Part shown: positions 1 to 12,906 of the stretch, piece after piece
How positions within the stretch are numbered: position 1 is the stretch's first letter
Layout: every line of letters starts with the position of its first letter
Origin: Marsupella aquatica
Lineage: Eukaryota > Plantae > Marchantiophyta
Length of the DNA: 64,000 bases
Reading direction: 5' to 3'
Assembly: GCA_973895155.1 (NCBI GenBank)
Contig: OZ316894.1
Location: 22,876,709-22,940,708, forward strand
The notes under the pieces: generated by a model
Told to the model about the DNA's origin: nothing
What the model saw: the letters and a program-made list of their open reading frames with translations, nothing else
Databases searched by the model: none
Translations under genes and position numbers: made by a program

Positions 1-334
1 TACTTGGGAGATTAAGCTTATTAATGCATGGCCACTTGGGGACCATGGCTGTAACCCTATATGGGCTCACTGACCTCATGGATTACATTATAAAGCTCCC
101 TTAGGGCCATGAATTACCCTACACAAACTGTCCTTTGTGAGTTTTCCCTTTGTAAATTTTCAGGCATTATTGGAGAAGAACAGCTGGGCCAAGATTTGGA
201 TCACTTCTCTAGGAAAATTCTCCTCTACTTTTAGTAAAATCAGTAAAAACAAAAATCTCTCATGCCTTTAAGTTCATTATGTTCCTGTTTCCCTAGCATT
301 GAGGGCAAAGTAGCCCCTCAAAACTCCTGAACCT

Positions 335-880
335 CTCCTTTTGATGTGCATTATATCCCACAATGCTACATCTTATATATAAGGCGCAAAGGAAGTTAGA
401 GTTGAGGGCTAGGCTTCTAGAGTGAAGCCTAGCTAGAGTTGAGGTCTAGGCTCCTAGAGTGAAGTCTCTAGACGGTGACTCAAGTGCCCCACCACAATAT
501 TTGTGCATAAAAAGGAGTATGTTATGATATGTATGATTGCTCCTTTTGATATGCATTATATCCCACAATGCTACATCTTATATATAAGGCGCAAAGGGAA
601 GCTAAAGTTGAGGTCTAGGCTTCTAGAGTGAAGCCTAGCTAGAGTTGAGGTCTAGGCTCCTAGAGTGAAGCCTTTAGACCGTGACTCAAGGGCCCCACCA
701 CAATATTTGTGCACGGAAAGGTGTATGTTATGATATGTATGATTGTTAAAATGATGGAGCCCCCACAATATTTGTGCATGAAAAGGTGTATGTTATGATA
801 TGTATGATTGTTAAAATGATGGAGCCACACATGATTGTTTTTTAATCATTTTATTAACATTGAAAGAATGGGATTATAAA
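335..880 (+). repeat. Direct duplication (~204 bp unit) of a Helitron-like repeat, plus a ~55 bp internal duplication
   Basis: CTCCTTTTGATRTGCATTATATCCCACAATGCTACATCTTATATATAAGGCGC occurs at ~335 and ~539. Each copy carries TAGAGTGAAGCCT motifs that recur at 22.4-22.8 kb and 54.8-56.4 kb. Confidence 0.8.
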
Positions 881-1430
881 ATATATTTTGTTCCCTTGCT
901 TCGCTTCTCTTGACAATTTGGTGCGAAAGGGTTCTTTTTTGGAGGGCGATAAACAAGAGCTTTTGGGCCAAAGTTTTAAGAGGGCAACATGCAGCAGGAG
1001 CTGATCCCTGAGAAGATACTGCTGCTGCTATGCTTCTAGTTGCACCTCCAACTGTTACCTTGAGCTCAGATTCCTCTGCCCCGGTAAGATAATATTTCTC
1101 ACAACTGTACCATTATTAAGCTCTCTATTGTCGGCACGGGAACGGATGGAAATTTTGGATATGGACAGTTTGAGGCAACATTCCACAGCCAGAGTTCACC
1201 CTTCATTTTCCGGGTCGATTGGTAATTGGCACGAGCCGTTGTTCTTGCACACGGTCTTCAAATAGCCCTTACTCTCAATTGAAAAGGAGTCATATAACTT
1301 TTGCAAGTTATCTGTACCACAGATCACAACAGAGCAAGGGGGACAAGAAAATACATTTTTGGATGGAGAGGAAGCCCAGAGCACGTGATTTCATTCATAA
1401 GATTACAAGGAAAGTACCCTGGGTGGATGG

Positions 1431-2480
1431 GTGGTCAACGCCAGCATGGGTCGAGTCAAGGCAAGGGCGAATTTGATTACTGAAGGCAGATGGCAATCTC
1501 GTGTTAGTTATGGCTCGAGAGATTGGTCTCAAGTCACTGCTCAAGGGAATGGCCGTAGGCACATGCATGATGCTGGTACCAGTAGTGAAACAATTGCTGT
1601 TTTGAAGGACCGTCTACAAGGAGGCATTACTGTAGACTCGTCCACATATGTTTAAGTCCTGCAAATGTGCTCGAAACAGAAAGACCATTTAGCGGCCACG
1701 CAGGTGCATGACCACATCGTCCAGAGTGGAATGAATACGAATCTATATGTGGCGGTGACCCTCCTGAATGTGTATATCAAATTTCGGGCATTGTTGCATG
1801 CACGTCGAGTTTTTGATCAACTTGAAAAGAAGAGTGTTATTACTTGGAAAGCGATGATAGCAGGATACGCTAAGAGTGATCATGCTGAATCTGTATCGGG
1901 ACTTTTTAATCAAATGCGCTAACAAGGCGTGTAGCCTGGTGAGATCACATATCTGAGCGTTCTGAAGGCATGTACCAACCAATTAGCTCTAAAATGGGGA
2001 AAGGAAGTTCATGTGTATATTCGACATGCTGGCTTTGAATCAGATGTGCATGTAGAGTCTGCCCTCCCACAGATGTTATGTGCATCACCGAGACAAGGAA
2101 GTTATTGACCAGTTTACCAATCGAAATGTCATTGTGTGGAATGTTATGATTCGAGCATATGCAGCAGGGGGTCATGGTTTGGAAGCATATCGACTGTTTC
2201 TCCAAATGAGTCGTGAAGGCGTCGAACCAGATGCAATCACTTATGTGAGCATCCTGAATGCATCTGCAATTGAGAGCCTTGAATTGGACTGGGTGAAAGA
2301 AGTTCATGGCCATGCTAGCAAAACGGGACTGGAGTCAGATTTGCGTGTGGGCAATGCAATGGTTCACATGTATGCAGAGAGTGGCAGTATAGATGATGCC
2401 CGACTTGTTTCTGACAGAATGGAGAAACCGTGATATAGTTACATGGACTGTAATGATTGGTGGACTTGCACAACTGATAT
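1431..2480 (+). pseudogene. PLS-class pentatricopeptide repeat (PPR) pseudogene
   Basis: Motifs ARRVFDQLEKKSVITWKAMIAGYA, EITYLSVLKAC..KWGKEVH, EGVEPDAITYVSILNA, ESDLRVGNAMVHMYAESGSIDDARLV and RDIVTWTVMIGGLAQ. In-frame stops TAA 1653, TAA 1920 and TAG 1932, frameshifts near 2080 and 2425, and no E/DYW tail. Confidence 0.9.
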
Positions 2481-3004
2481 AGCTAGACCTCGGAAGAGGA
2501 CTGAACATCTTCTTACCAGTGTCCATTGAGATAAAAATTGAGCGACAGAGATGATCTGTCTATGCCACATTTTGTTAGAGTACGCGAAGGATGCTCTCTG
2601 GTATAAAACCCTGATAGACAGAGGTGCAGAAGGTCCAATAAAAGTTAGAATGTTATTAGTGATGACCTGATTCACGGTCATGTGAAAAACTGTTTTGTCC
2701 CAGAATCTACCAAAACTCTCTGTCGTCGTGAAAGCTTTGGGCAGGCCCTATTGGTCGGAGATTTGGAGATGGGGGGCTAAACCTCATGCATGCTGGTCGT
2801 TGCATCCTCGAAGGCATTGCCTACTACAGTACTTACCAGTGGCTTGCAAACTGAAGTTCTTTCTTGCAAGTTTCCATCATTTCTTCCTCGGTCCAAATTT
2901 CTATTTCCTACTAGCTTGAGCTCCTCGATCACTGACTACTTTCAAGCCGTGGCTCTCATTTTGTGTTTCTGGGAGCTGAAATTTGGACCGGCCCGCTTAT
3001 TGGC

Positions 3005-3499
3005 TCAAGCGTTCTTCGATGCCCTGTCGTTAAAGATCTCGCCAGGGCCAGCGCTGGCATGAAGCCAGTGTGGTGCTCTATAAATCCTAAGTGGTTCATC
3101 AAGCTCACTGGCGGAGGATTTGGTCCTCTTGCTTGGCGACGAGCATGGAAGAGGGAAAAGAGATAGATTGTGAAGGTCCTGTCGATGTTGATCTCTGTTA
3201 CCTTCTCGGTCTAATTTGAGGGCAGCTTGTTCGTAAAGGTTGTGATTCTCAAAGGCCTCATTGTACTTCGTCCTCCACATTTCTTTCTCCTGCGTTAGCC
3301 TCGAAATGGTGTCTTTCAGAGCGTGAATCTCATCTGAAAGAGCTGAAAATTCCATAGAAGGATTATTGCAGCAGAAACCCCCGAAGCACTTGCGCCAGCT
3401 TTCCATTTCGGTGGATTTGTTAAAATCCTTCTTACTCTCTCCCGGAATCAACTCTCCAGTGATGGAATCACGTGCCTTTCGGAATGGGCGTGTCGACAT
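3005..3499 (-). pseudogene. Hypothetical coiled-coil ORF, probably part of a decayed spliced gene
   Basis: 164-aa ATG ORF with heptad segment LSDEIHALKDTISRLTQEKEMWRTKY. A phase-compatible GT-AG intron (3513-3736) links it to an upstream frame containing stops. No family recognised. Confidence 0.35.
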
Positions 3500-5929
3500 G
3501 CTGCTGATGTATCTGCAAAATGACCGATTACATCTGAAAACCTCAATTGTACCTCAGTATATCGATATCGATCTCCCCACTCCATGCTTCTCGACTGGCT
3601 CATACACTTAATAATAGTAGTTCGTTTCGGTTATCTTAAGGCATGTTTGATGAAGGCGTGAGAGTTAATCCCATTCGATTGCCTAAAAATGAATGCAGGA
3701 ATTGGGAAACATACGATCGAAGAGTTCATCAGTTACCTCGGTGATAAACTACTCTCTAGGGACTCCGAAGAAGATCAGCGTCCAATTTGCAGACGTCTAG
3801 CTCCACTGCATTGCACACTTGACAACCTGAAAATTGGCTTAGGCCTCCTCTGTCGCCTCATAGACTTTCAAACTCACGCAGCTCCGATCAAATCACGACT
3901 GAACTCCCCACTTTTTAGCGATCCAGAGGTTCAGAAAACCTCATTGATGGCTAATTCAGATCCGGCTTCCGCAAAATTGTCATACTGAATCTTAAAATCC
4001 TCAAGCAGTGAGCACGAAGTTCTATATTAGAGACAATTCCCCTCCAACCAGATCAATTTGTTGATGGGATTTCAAAGGCACACATTAAGGATATGTACAG
4101 AAGATCAATGGCTGAAGATGGGGACTTGAAGTGCCAACAAAATCTGGATTCTCATCACGGCGAATGAATGGGTCTGGAAGGCCAACGGGTTCGCAAGGGT
4201 CGATGAAGCCAAGTGTTTGAGAAAATGTTAAACTTCCAGGAAAGCCAAAGGGTTTGGGAAGGTGTATGAGCACTGGTCAGCTATTTCTTCTGATTGTGGG
4301 AAAGCTGGGCTTTACTGCTACGATAGGTTGCCATATATTTTAGTCTGCCAGCGTTTTCAGTTTCATTACTACAATGCCACAGACTATTTCTTGTCATGGG
4401 TTGAGTGACTTAACCTGGTTAGCCAAAAGAGATCTTACTGCCTGAGATTGTCACATGGAATAATCAGATGGATTCTATGGCTCTCAGGTCAGATTCACAC
4501 ACCACCACTACTGGTTTGCTAGGGCAGCGCTTTGCCCTGTGTGCGGATCCACCCCCACCCTCGCCTCTCAATTTCCCCTGGGTGCCCTCCTCTGCCCTCA
4601 TGGTAGGTGCCCCTCCTGGACTCCGCTTTGAGAGTATGGGAACGGTCAGATTCCTCAATGTGATGATCTTGACCAGGGACGTAGGATCTTCTGCTGTTAA
4701 CCAGGGACGTAGGCTCAATAATGATTTGAAACAGCTGCACTTGCTTGGTGTGACCATTCAAGCATGGTGTATGCTCATACATGGCAAGCAGTGGGCTCAA
4801 GGAAATGCTAGTAGGGTGTGATTATACTCTCTTGAATTTGAGACCATCTCCTGAGGTGAGCCAAATGTATTCAAACTTTGGCTCCTTTGTTCAAGTAATT
4901 TGTATTTATTGAACTTCACTTCAAAATATTTCTGATCTGGAGTGTCTTAGAAGTGGCACTCTGGCTTGTTTTGGCCAAAAAACACGAGGTATTTGCTTGA
5001 TGGGACCCCAATATGAAAGGTTTTACTTGATAGACCCCTGAGTGATCTAGACTGTTGATTGACCTTGAATCAACACACCTAAAACTTCAGGGGTCCTATC
5101 AAGCAAATACAAGTGCCCTCACTTCTTGTAAGTCCACATCAGAGCATCTCCAGCAGGTGCCTGTCTGGGCTATGACCTCCTTCCAGACCATAGCAGTCAC
5201 ATTTACAGGCAATTGTCCCCACTGTTACCCATCTGCAAACCCATGGAGGTCGACTGTGTAAATGGGTGTGGGCGGTCACCATCTTGCTTCTCCTTGTCCT
5301 AAACTTTGTTGTTGCACAACATTACACGACCGTGCCTCACCAATCAACTCGTTGTAGCTTGCCAAATCAATCAAGTCGCCAAAATCCTCCAGGAAAATAA
5401 GAGTTAGAGGAGCGTCCTGAATGGGGTCGTGACAGGAATTCTTCACTGTGGACCCTAAGGGCCAACTCACATGTGATCATGCGACCCTTTGTGCTCCCAA
5501 TACTTTCGGGAAAATGTAGCACTTCTATGATCAGACAATCTGACACAAATCTTGGTTTGTACTTCCCAACTAAGAGAGAGTTTATAACAAGTGTATAGTT
5601 TTTTTTGTTTTTCCCACAAGGCAAAGGTCGGGTTCTGCGAGGGCCGGAAAGTTTCCGGTCCTTGCACTTGGGACCCCCGGGGGGACCCCATGAAATATGT
5701 CGTCAGGCCTGAGGGAATACTGCCTGAAACACCTCTTTCACTCACACCCTTACATGACTCAAGTTAAGGGCTGTTTTTTGAAAGACATTTCACATGCGAG
5801 TTGGCCCTAAACTACTCTGAAGAGTCACACCCGGTCACACCCGGTTGCTGCAGCAGCACCATGACCAGGGCTTGCCACTGGGAAATAACCAACCCAATAG
5901 GGGTTGCAGGGACTGGCCCAGAAAGTGCC

Positions 5930-6782
5930 TTTTTGAAAGAAGGGACCATCAAGTCCTTCGTTGATCCAGGTCTTCAAAACTATATTTCTGTCTGTAGGGA
6001 CTTGTCTTAAGTTCCTGGAACCCTAGTAAAACTATACAGACAAAAATGGAAAGGTGCTGGTATGAGTTTCTTTCTGCCTGAGGGGACCCTTCGTTGATCC
6101 AGGTCTTACAAACCATATTCTACAATATTTATTTGTCTGTGGAGGCTTGTCGTTAAATTCCTGGGAACGGTGGTAAATTAATACAGAAAAAAGATGGAAA
6201 GGGGCTGGTATGTTTTTTTGGTTTGTTTTGCCTGGAGGACCCATCAAGTCCTTCGGTGGTCCAGGTCTTAAAAACCATATTTTACCCTTTTGTTTCTATC
6301 TATGGGGGATTGTCTTTAAATTCCTGGGAACCCTGGTAAATATTAATACAGAAAAAATTGGAAAGGGGCTCGTATAGGGTCTGGAGGGACCCATCAAGGT
6401 CAAGGTCTGAAACGCCATTTCTTGCCCAATTGTTTTTCTGACTGTGGGGGCTTCTCTTTAAATTCCTGGGAACCCTGGTAAGTTAATACAGAAAACATTG
6501 GAAAGGGGCTCGTATAGGGTCTAATGGGACCCATCAAGGTCCAGGTCTTAAAAGCCATTTCCTGCCATTTTTATTTTTTCTGTCTGTGGGGGCTTGTCTT
6601 TAATTCCTGGGAACCCTGGTAAATTAATACAGAAAAAAATGGAATGGGGCTCGTATAGGGTCTAGAGGGACCCATCAAGGTTCAGGTCTGAAAAGCCATT
6701 TCTTGCCAACTATTTTCTGTCTGTGGGGGCTTGTCTATAAATTCCTGGGAGCCCTGGTAAAATTAATATAGAAAAAAATGGA
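5930..6782. repeat. Tandem repeat array, ~140-150 bp unit, ~6 copies
   Basis: Recurrent GGGACCCATCAAG...CTGTGGGGGCTTGTCTTTAAATTCCTGGGAACCCTGGTAAATTAATACAGAAAAAATGG at ~5942, 6083, 6237, 6387, 6527 and 6667. Confidence 0.9.
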
Positions 6783-7042
6783 CCACCTACAGTAAGCGGA
6801 AGTTCAGTGCACCAACCACGTTTTTGACATGACACGAAGGGAGACGAAGAAAAGGTCCTTCAGCTCTGCTCTGCTCAAGCTCAGCTCCGTGATCGAGTCC
6901 TCTCCTTTGATGAGCTGCTGGACGCTCGCCCTCCCTGCCCTCCCCGTATTACTCGTGCGGTGCGGAATGGCGTCAATTGATGCTCTCCTCTGACCAACCT
7001 TTCACTCTCGCCGCTTTCTGCGTGCCCCTTTTTCTCTCTGCC

Positions 7043-7063
7043 TCTCTCTCTCTCTCTCTCTCT
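7043..7063 (+). repeat. (CT)n microsatellite in the EPSPS 5' region
   Basis: About 10 CT units ~250 bp upstream of the ATG, typical of plant 5' UTR/GAGA elements. Confidence 0.8.
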
Positions 7064-7312
7064 GGCAGAGTCCAATTGTGAATCTGTGGACTTTGTGATC
7101 AATTTCATCCTTCTTCTCTCGCTGCCGATCTCACGCAATCGCGCATTCTGTCCTTCTGTTCGTTCTCGCATTTGTCCCTGCATTGTCGCTCCATACGGCG
7201 GACGGAATCGATCTGGCTCGGCAGCCTCTCGATCTTCTCTCTACTCCATTCTACTTCCAGAGCTTGAAGGTGAACTGTGTGCCGATTTCGTTGAGCTTTG
7301 GCATCTAGAGCA

Positions 7313-10300
7313 ATGGACGCGCTTCGAGCTGCGACGTCACTGCGGGCCGCGGTTACGAACTTCTCTGCGACCGGAACGAGGGCGGAGGAGAACAAGAGGA
7401 GGAATGCAGGTTCGCAGTCGTCGTCACTCAGCTTCGGGTCTGGTGCAGCTGATGCTGTCGCGGTGCTGCGCGGAAAATGTATCCTGCAGAATGCGACGCT
7501 CTCGTTGGAATTCTCGTCCAGCAGGAGAGCACTGCTGAGATCTTCGAAGCAACGACGAGGCGTTGGGATTATTCGAGCGGCGGTTGCGGTGCCGAAGGAG
7601 AAGAGCTCCAAGGTCGAGGAGATAGTGTTGCCGCTCGTGAAGGACATCTCAGGGACGATCAAGCTGCCGGGATCGAAATCGCTGTCGAATCGCGTGCTTC
7701 TTCTTGCAGCCCTGTCTGAGGTCAGATGTTGAGTCGGTCACGACCCTCCTGTAATTCTTGTGTGTGAATTTCAGGAAAATGTCACTTTAAGCATTGGGGT
7801 TGTCCGCTCCAGAAATGCGAAGGGTTTCCCGAGACGTGAAATGTGCACTGAAATCGCACCGGGGGTTCCAGTCCAATTGTGTCTGAGTGCAGCTGAGCTT
7901 TCATTCTTACTGTAATAGAGGCAAGCAGAAGCCTTCCAGATTGACCCTTTGAGGATGGTTTTTCACTCTGAGAATGTATCTGTGAGGCTTGATTTGAACA
8001 AGAGATACACTTTCCAAGATGCATCCCCTCCTCCTAAATTCCCTCTAGTTCCTTATTCATTGAAATGGCAAAAGGGATAGTTACTGCGAAATTTACGATG
8101 GGTTCGATTCGTTCCAGGCTCGAAGACCCTTGTGAAGAACAATAGTGGTGGGGCTTAGTTTACCTTTCGATGCCTTTATTTCCGTTTTGGGCCCTGTCGC
8201 TGACATATTGAAGGTATTTCCTGACTTAACAGGGCACAACAGTGGTTGAAAACCTTCTCGATAGTGACGATGTGCGATACATGGTTGAGGCTCTCAAGAC
8301 CCTTGGAGTTCCAGTGGAAGAGGACTGGAGTACAAATCGTGCCGTTATCACTGGGTGTGGTGGCGCTTTCCCCGTGGGCAACGAAGACAAGGAGATTGAA
8401 TTGTTCCTGGGAAATGCTGGTACAGCCATGAGACCGTTGACAGCCGCTGTTGCAGTTGCAGGGGGTAAAGCGAAGTAAGAATTTCTACGTTGACAAAATA
8501 TTCGAAAGCCCGTACGCAATTTCTAGCTCCGTGAAGTGTTAGAGCTAAGAAAAGTGTCGTTGGTGTCGAATACAGCTGTGTATACTAAGGGGCCCAAGAG
8601 TGTTTCTTGCAATTGTCAAAAACAATTAGTTGGAAAGGACTTTTGCAGCTTCGGTGAAGAGAAGCAATATCATTGATTGAAAGTCACCTCGGAAGTTGAG
8701 ATTTATGTGAGTAAGACGCATTGATTAATATTTCGAAGTCTTCCTGTAGCTACTGTAGTGACCTGAAGAGGGAAATTTCAGGTGACTCGGGCGGGCTGTC
8801 AGAATTGTCTTTATTAGGACCAGCTCTTGACACTTGCTAACCTATGAGAATGAACAGATATATCTTGGATGGAGTACCACGGATGAGAGAGAGACCAATA
8901 GGTGACCTGGTCGGTGGCTTGAAGCAGCTCGGAGCAGATATTGGCTTGGTGTACGATACGAATTGTCCACCTGTGTCTGTAAATGCAGCTGGTGGCCTTC
9001 CTGGAGGAACGGTACGTACTTGCAAGTGTTCCAATCTCACTATAGATGGCCTTATCTATTTTGTTCCTGTCGGATTGACGTTCATCTAAGCTTTGTACTT
9101 CTTTTGATGCATAACAGGTACAGCTTTCAGGTGCTATAAGCAGCCAGTACTTGACCGCTTTGTTGATGTCGGCACCTTTGGCAACTGGGAATGTGGAAAT
9201 CGAGATCATCGACAAGTTGATATCAGTACCATATGTTGACATGACATTAAAGCTTATGGAGCGGTTCGGAGTTAAGGTTGAGCGCTATGGAGGCTGGGAA
9301 CGTTTCTCTATCAAAGGTGGACAGACATATAAGTACGTGTACTTACTGCAAAACTAACGTACAGATCGCCATGGCTGTGCGAGAAGCATGTCTTTTAGCA
9401 ATCTGAGGATTTGTTTTCCTATAGCGTCCCCTTCAGTGCGGAATCCCCTATTTCAAGATACTGGGCCATCTTTTGTGTTTAGCTCTCCATTGCAAATTGC
9501 TGATCTTGCTGTCTTTGGTCGAACATGCTGACTAAATGCAAACATGGGAAATATGATGCAGGACACCCGGTTCAGCCTATGTTGAAGGGGATGCTTCTAG
9601 CGCCAGCTATTTTCTTGCTGGTGCAGCCATCACCGGAGGGAAGGTGACTGTGGAAGGTTGCGGGACAAGTAGTCTGCAGGTTCGTTCAATTCTTGCCCTA
9701 CCGCTACGTGCATATAGTTACACTGCCAGTGCTGGCTGGCTTTACGGAGATTGAAGGATTAGGTTTTTGGGTATACTCCTCTGAGCTTTTACTTGCACCT
9801 TGTCGAGGGCGTTTGCTCGTCCTTTGCTTGATAATGCATGGTCATAGCTAAGATTAAAGACCACTTGTCGTGCATCATATCTGTTCTATCTGGTCGGTTC
9901 TAGGCTGTGATGAGATTTCAATTCAGATGGCAGTAACGTTCCATGTGCAGCTGTATTAGAAACTGCATCATATGATGTCAGGGGTTTTTGTAGATACCAA
10001 CACGTGCTTGATATCTGATGTATACAGGGAGATGTGAATTTTGCTAAAGTTCTGGAGAAGATGGGAGCAAAAGTGGAGTGGACAGAACACACTGTAACTG
10101 TGACGGGTGCACCTGTGGATAGTGCAACTGGCAAGCGGCTCAATGGTGTCGATGTTGACATGAATGCAATGCCAGATGTAGCAATGACGCTCGCTGTTGT
10201 AGCACTCTTTGCCCACGGTCCTACTGCTATAAGAGATGGTAAGAACGAGTCCAAGGCCTCAAAGCCCATTTGTAGGTCACTGAACCTTCTCGCAGAAGAT

Positions 10301-11138
10301 GATCAATCCAGATCTTGGTAGACTGAAAATTGATTTCAGTAAATGAAGCAGATGTTGGAATTTGTCTAGGGGTGCTTGCATTGCGGTGTATGAGAATTCC
10401 TTCACAATCTATGAGATCGGTGAGATGGCTATCGGGAAAGCCGCTGTTCACTAATTTGCCTCTCGTTCGGAGATGATTTTTGTCATGCTAATACTTCTTG
10501 CATGTGCATTGGTTCCGAGAACTTACTGTTCCACTTTTACAAATCTCAATACTCTTTTGATATAGACCTCCTCATCGTCGTCCAAATAGTCCAGGTGTAG
10601 TTATTGGCGATGATCTTTATTTTTTTACCACGTTTGAGGTTTCTGCTATCTCCGGATGTGTTTGCAGTTGGAAGTTGGAGGGTCAAGGAGACAGAGAGAA
10701 TGGTGGCCATTCGTCAAGAAACAACGAAGGTGAGAAAAAGTTACATTTCTACTCATTACAAGCAGCATCTTGCTGTGTCCACCTTGTTATTAGCTGGTGG
10801 ACACAGCAAGTACAGTGGCGAGGTGCTTAAATAAATGTTGAAGATCTGTCGTCCCTCAGGTGGATAATGTTTGATGATGGGTGATCTCTTATCTCTTGCT
10901 ATCGGTTTTACAGATTGGAGCTGAATTTGAAGAGGGTTTAGATTACTGTATCATCACGCCTCCTGCATCTCTTAAAGATGCTGCAATTGACACGTATGAC
11001 GATCACAGAATGGCCATGGCATTCTCCCTCGCCGCTTGTGGTAGTGCAACCATCACCATTAAGGATCCCGGATGTACACGGAAAACCTTTCCCACATACT
11101 TTGACGTCTTTGAAAGACTTGCTCAGACCGCAAATTAG
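7313..11138 (+). CDS. EPSPS: 5-enolpyruvylshikimate-3-phosphate synthase, plastid-targeted; 8 exons (7313-7720, 8233-8474, 8858-9011, 9118-9332, 9562-9679, 10028-10238, 10668-10729, 10914-11138)
   Basis: Ser/Ala/Arg-rich transit peptide, then [84 protein letters not shown] and KTFPTYF. All introns are GT-AG and phase-consistent. Confidence 0.98.
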
Positions 11139-12906
11139 ACACGCGTTTAGAATCTGAAATAATGTAGATGTGGTAATAATCTTAGTAGTGATTCTTCAAC
11201 ATAGCATAGAACCGTTTCGATTCCTGTCAAATTCATTCATTTAAATAACTTGATTCAATAAGCTTATTTGCACTGTTGTAAATGCGAGAAAATCGCAGAA
11301 ATAGAACTCCCACATTGTAGCATGAATATCTACAAAACTTACGTGGATTTCGATCCCTAGAGGGATGCAATGTAACATATAGTTTCCCAGAGGTGGGAAG
11401 AGGGTACTGGTTGTAGAGTCTTTGTTTGTACGAGGATATGGTAGTCTTGGATTTAGATTAAAATCTTTTGACGGTGTCGTTCTGGATACAAAACTTATTA
11501 CCACAACAAATGTGCGCCATGTACAAGCAGGAGACACTCGAATTTCATCAATTCATACATGGATAGTTTTCAGCTACATTCCAGAAAACCCCGTCTTTGT
11601 ACTCCATGCTGAGATGGTTGCAAGGGTTTTAATTGGATGTGAGAACCTGCCAGGAAGTTGTCTTCCAAGGCTCTGAGATAAATATGCCATACTTGGATTC
11701 TTTTATTAGTTAGACACCGAGTACTCTGTTTACAACCTCTACAGGAGATAAGATTTGAGAAGCCTAAACGTAGACGTGTCTACGAGCTACCAGAAATTTA
11801 GCCTGGTTGTTCTTCTTGATTACTCTGAGTAGGGGACCACAGTGATGTGGCACTAATCTTGACGCAAATGCTCTGGACCAATGTAATATGGCAGGTGCTT
11901 TGATGCAGTTTATCAATGATCACATTAGAATGAACTTCGGTGACCCGGATGTGGTTTGTAGACGACTTCAGCCAAAAAAGCCTGGCAGGGATCTAAATAC
12001 TTCAGCTTATCCTAAAACGAGCGGTGACGTAGTTGACCTCTTGGGAACCATAGTATCTCTGGTACGAATTTTGTAACAGGTTGGAGGGACAGGGATCGCC
12101 CAGAAGTAGGACCCGTTAAACGATCTATTTTTTAGGCTGTCTGTCTGGGCATGGCACCATGAAGTCTCTAATCTCCAGCGGTGCCCAAGAGAGCTTCATA
12201 CCACAGACCAAGGTGGTGGTTACTTATCCTCATAGTGGAATTGGTTTACTCACCAGTTTTCAAGGTATTTTCAAATCTCCAAAAGTATCGAAGCAAACTT
12301 TTGGCCAGCATATGCGAGCGTCTCTGCATGAAGAGTGCAGCGGCCCTTATTGCGGCTACAGTGGCGAACACTATACTCAGAACTTCAAACGAACAGCCAC
12401 AAAGAGAAGTGTAAAGTGAAACTATCAGGTGAGTATGGGGCGTGCCACTTCCTTGCACAACAAACACAAACCAAAACACAAAAGAATGGAAGGATAATAA
12501 AGCGAAATTGGATATGGGGCCAATAGACAATTATAAAAACCCCATACTTCTGTACAAGGACTCGACAAACACCGCAATGTCAAACTCAGGTAAAACTTCT
12601 ATGCCTACGCCTCTGCTGTAAACAGCCTTGTGGTTTACATGGGTGCTACCTTCTACATGTAGTTGAGGATCAGGGTTCAGAATGATGAATAGCCACAACA
12701 ATAGTCGTCGCATCTCTTCTAACATCTAGCAACTTCATACTTGCGCATGCTTTTGCTTAGACTAGTGAAATAGCACGACAGACCTGCTAAGCTGGAGCAT
12801 TGCCTCTACGCCTTCTCAATCATATCTCCAAGCACCACTCTTTAAGTGATCACTTCAATGCTACCAACCTTCATAGACAGCCCAACAGCTAAGACTGGGG
12901 AGCACT

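Noticed and set aside
4464-5745. Short ORFs upstream of the 6-kb tandem array
   Set aside because: No recognisable motifs or supported exon structure.
12531-12725. RGVGIEVLPEFD resembling the GH20 hexosaminidase motif
   Set aside because: Lacks the following PGH, has no other exons, and lies in the expected TFIIIC3 3' UTR.
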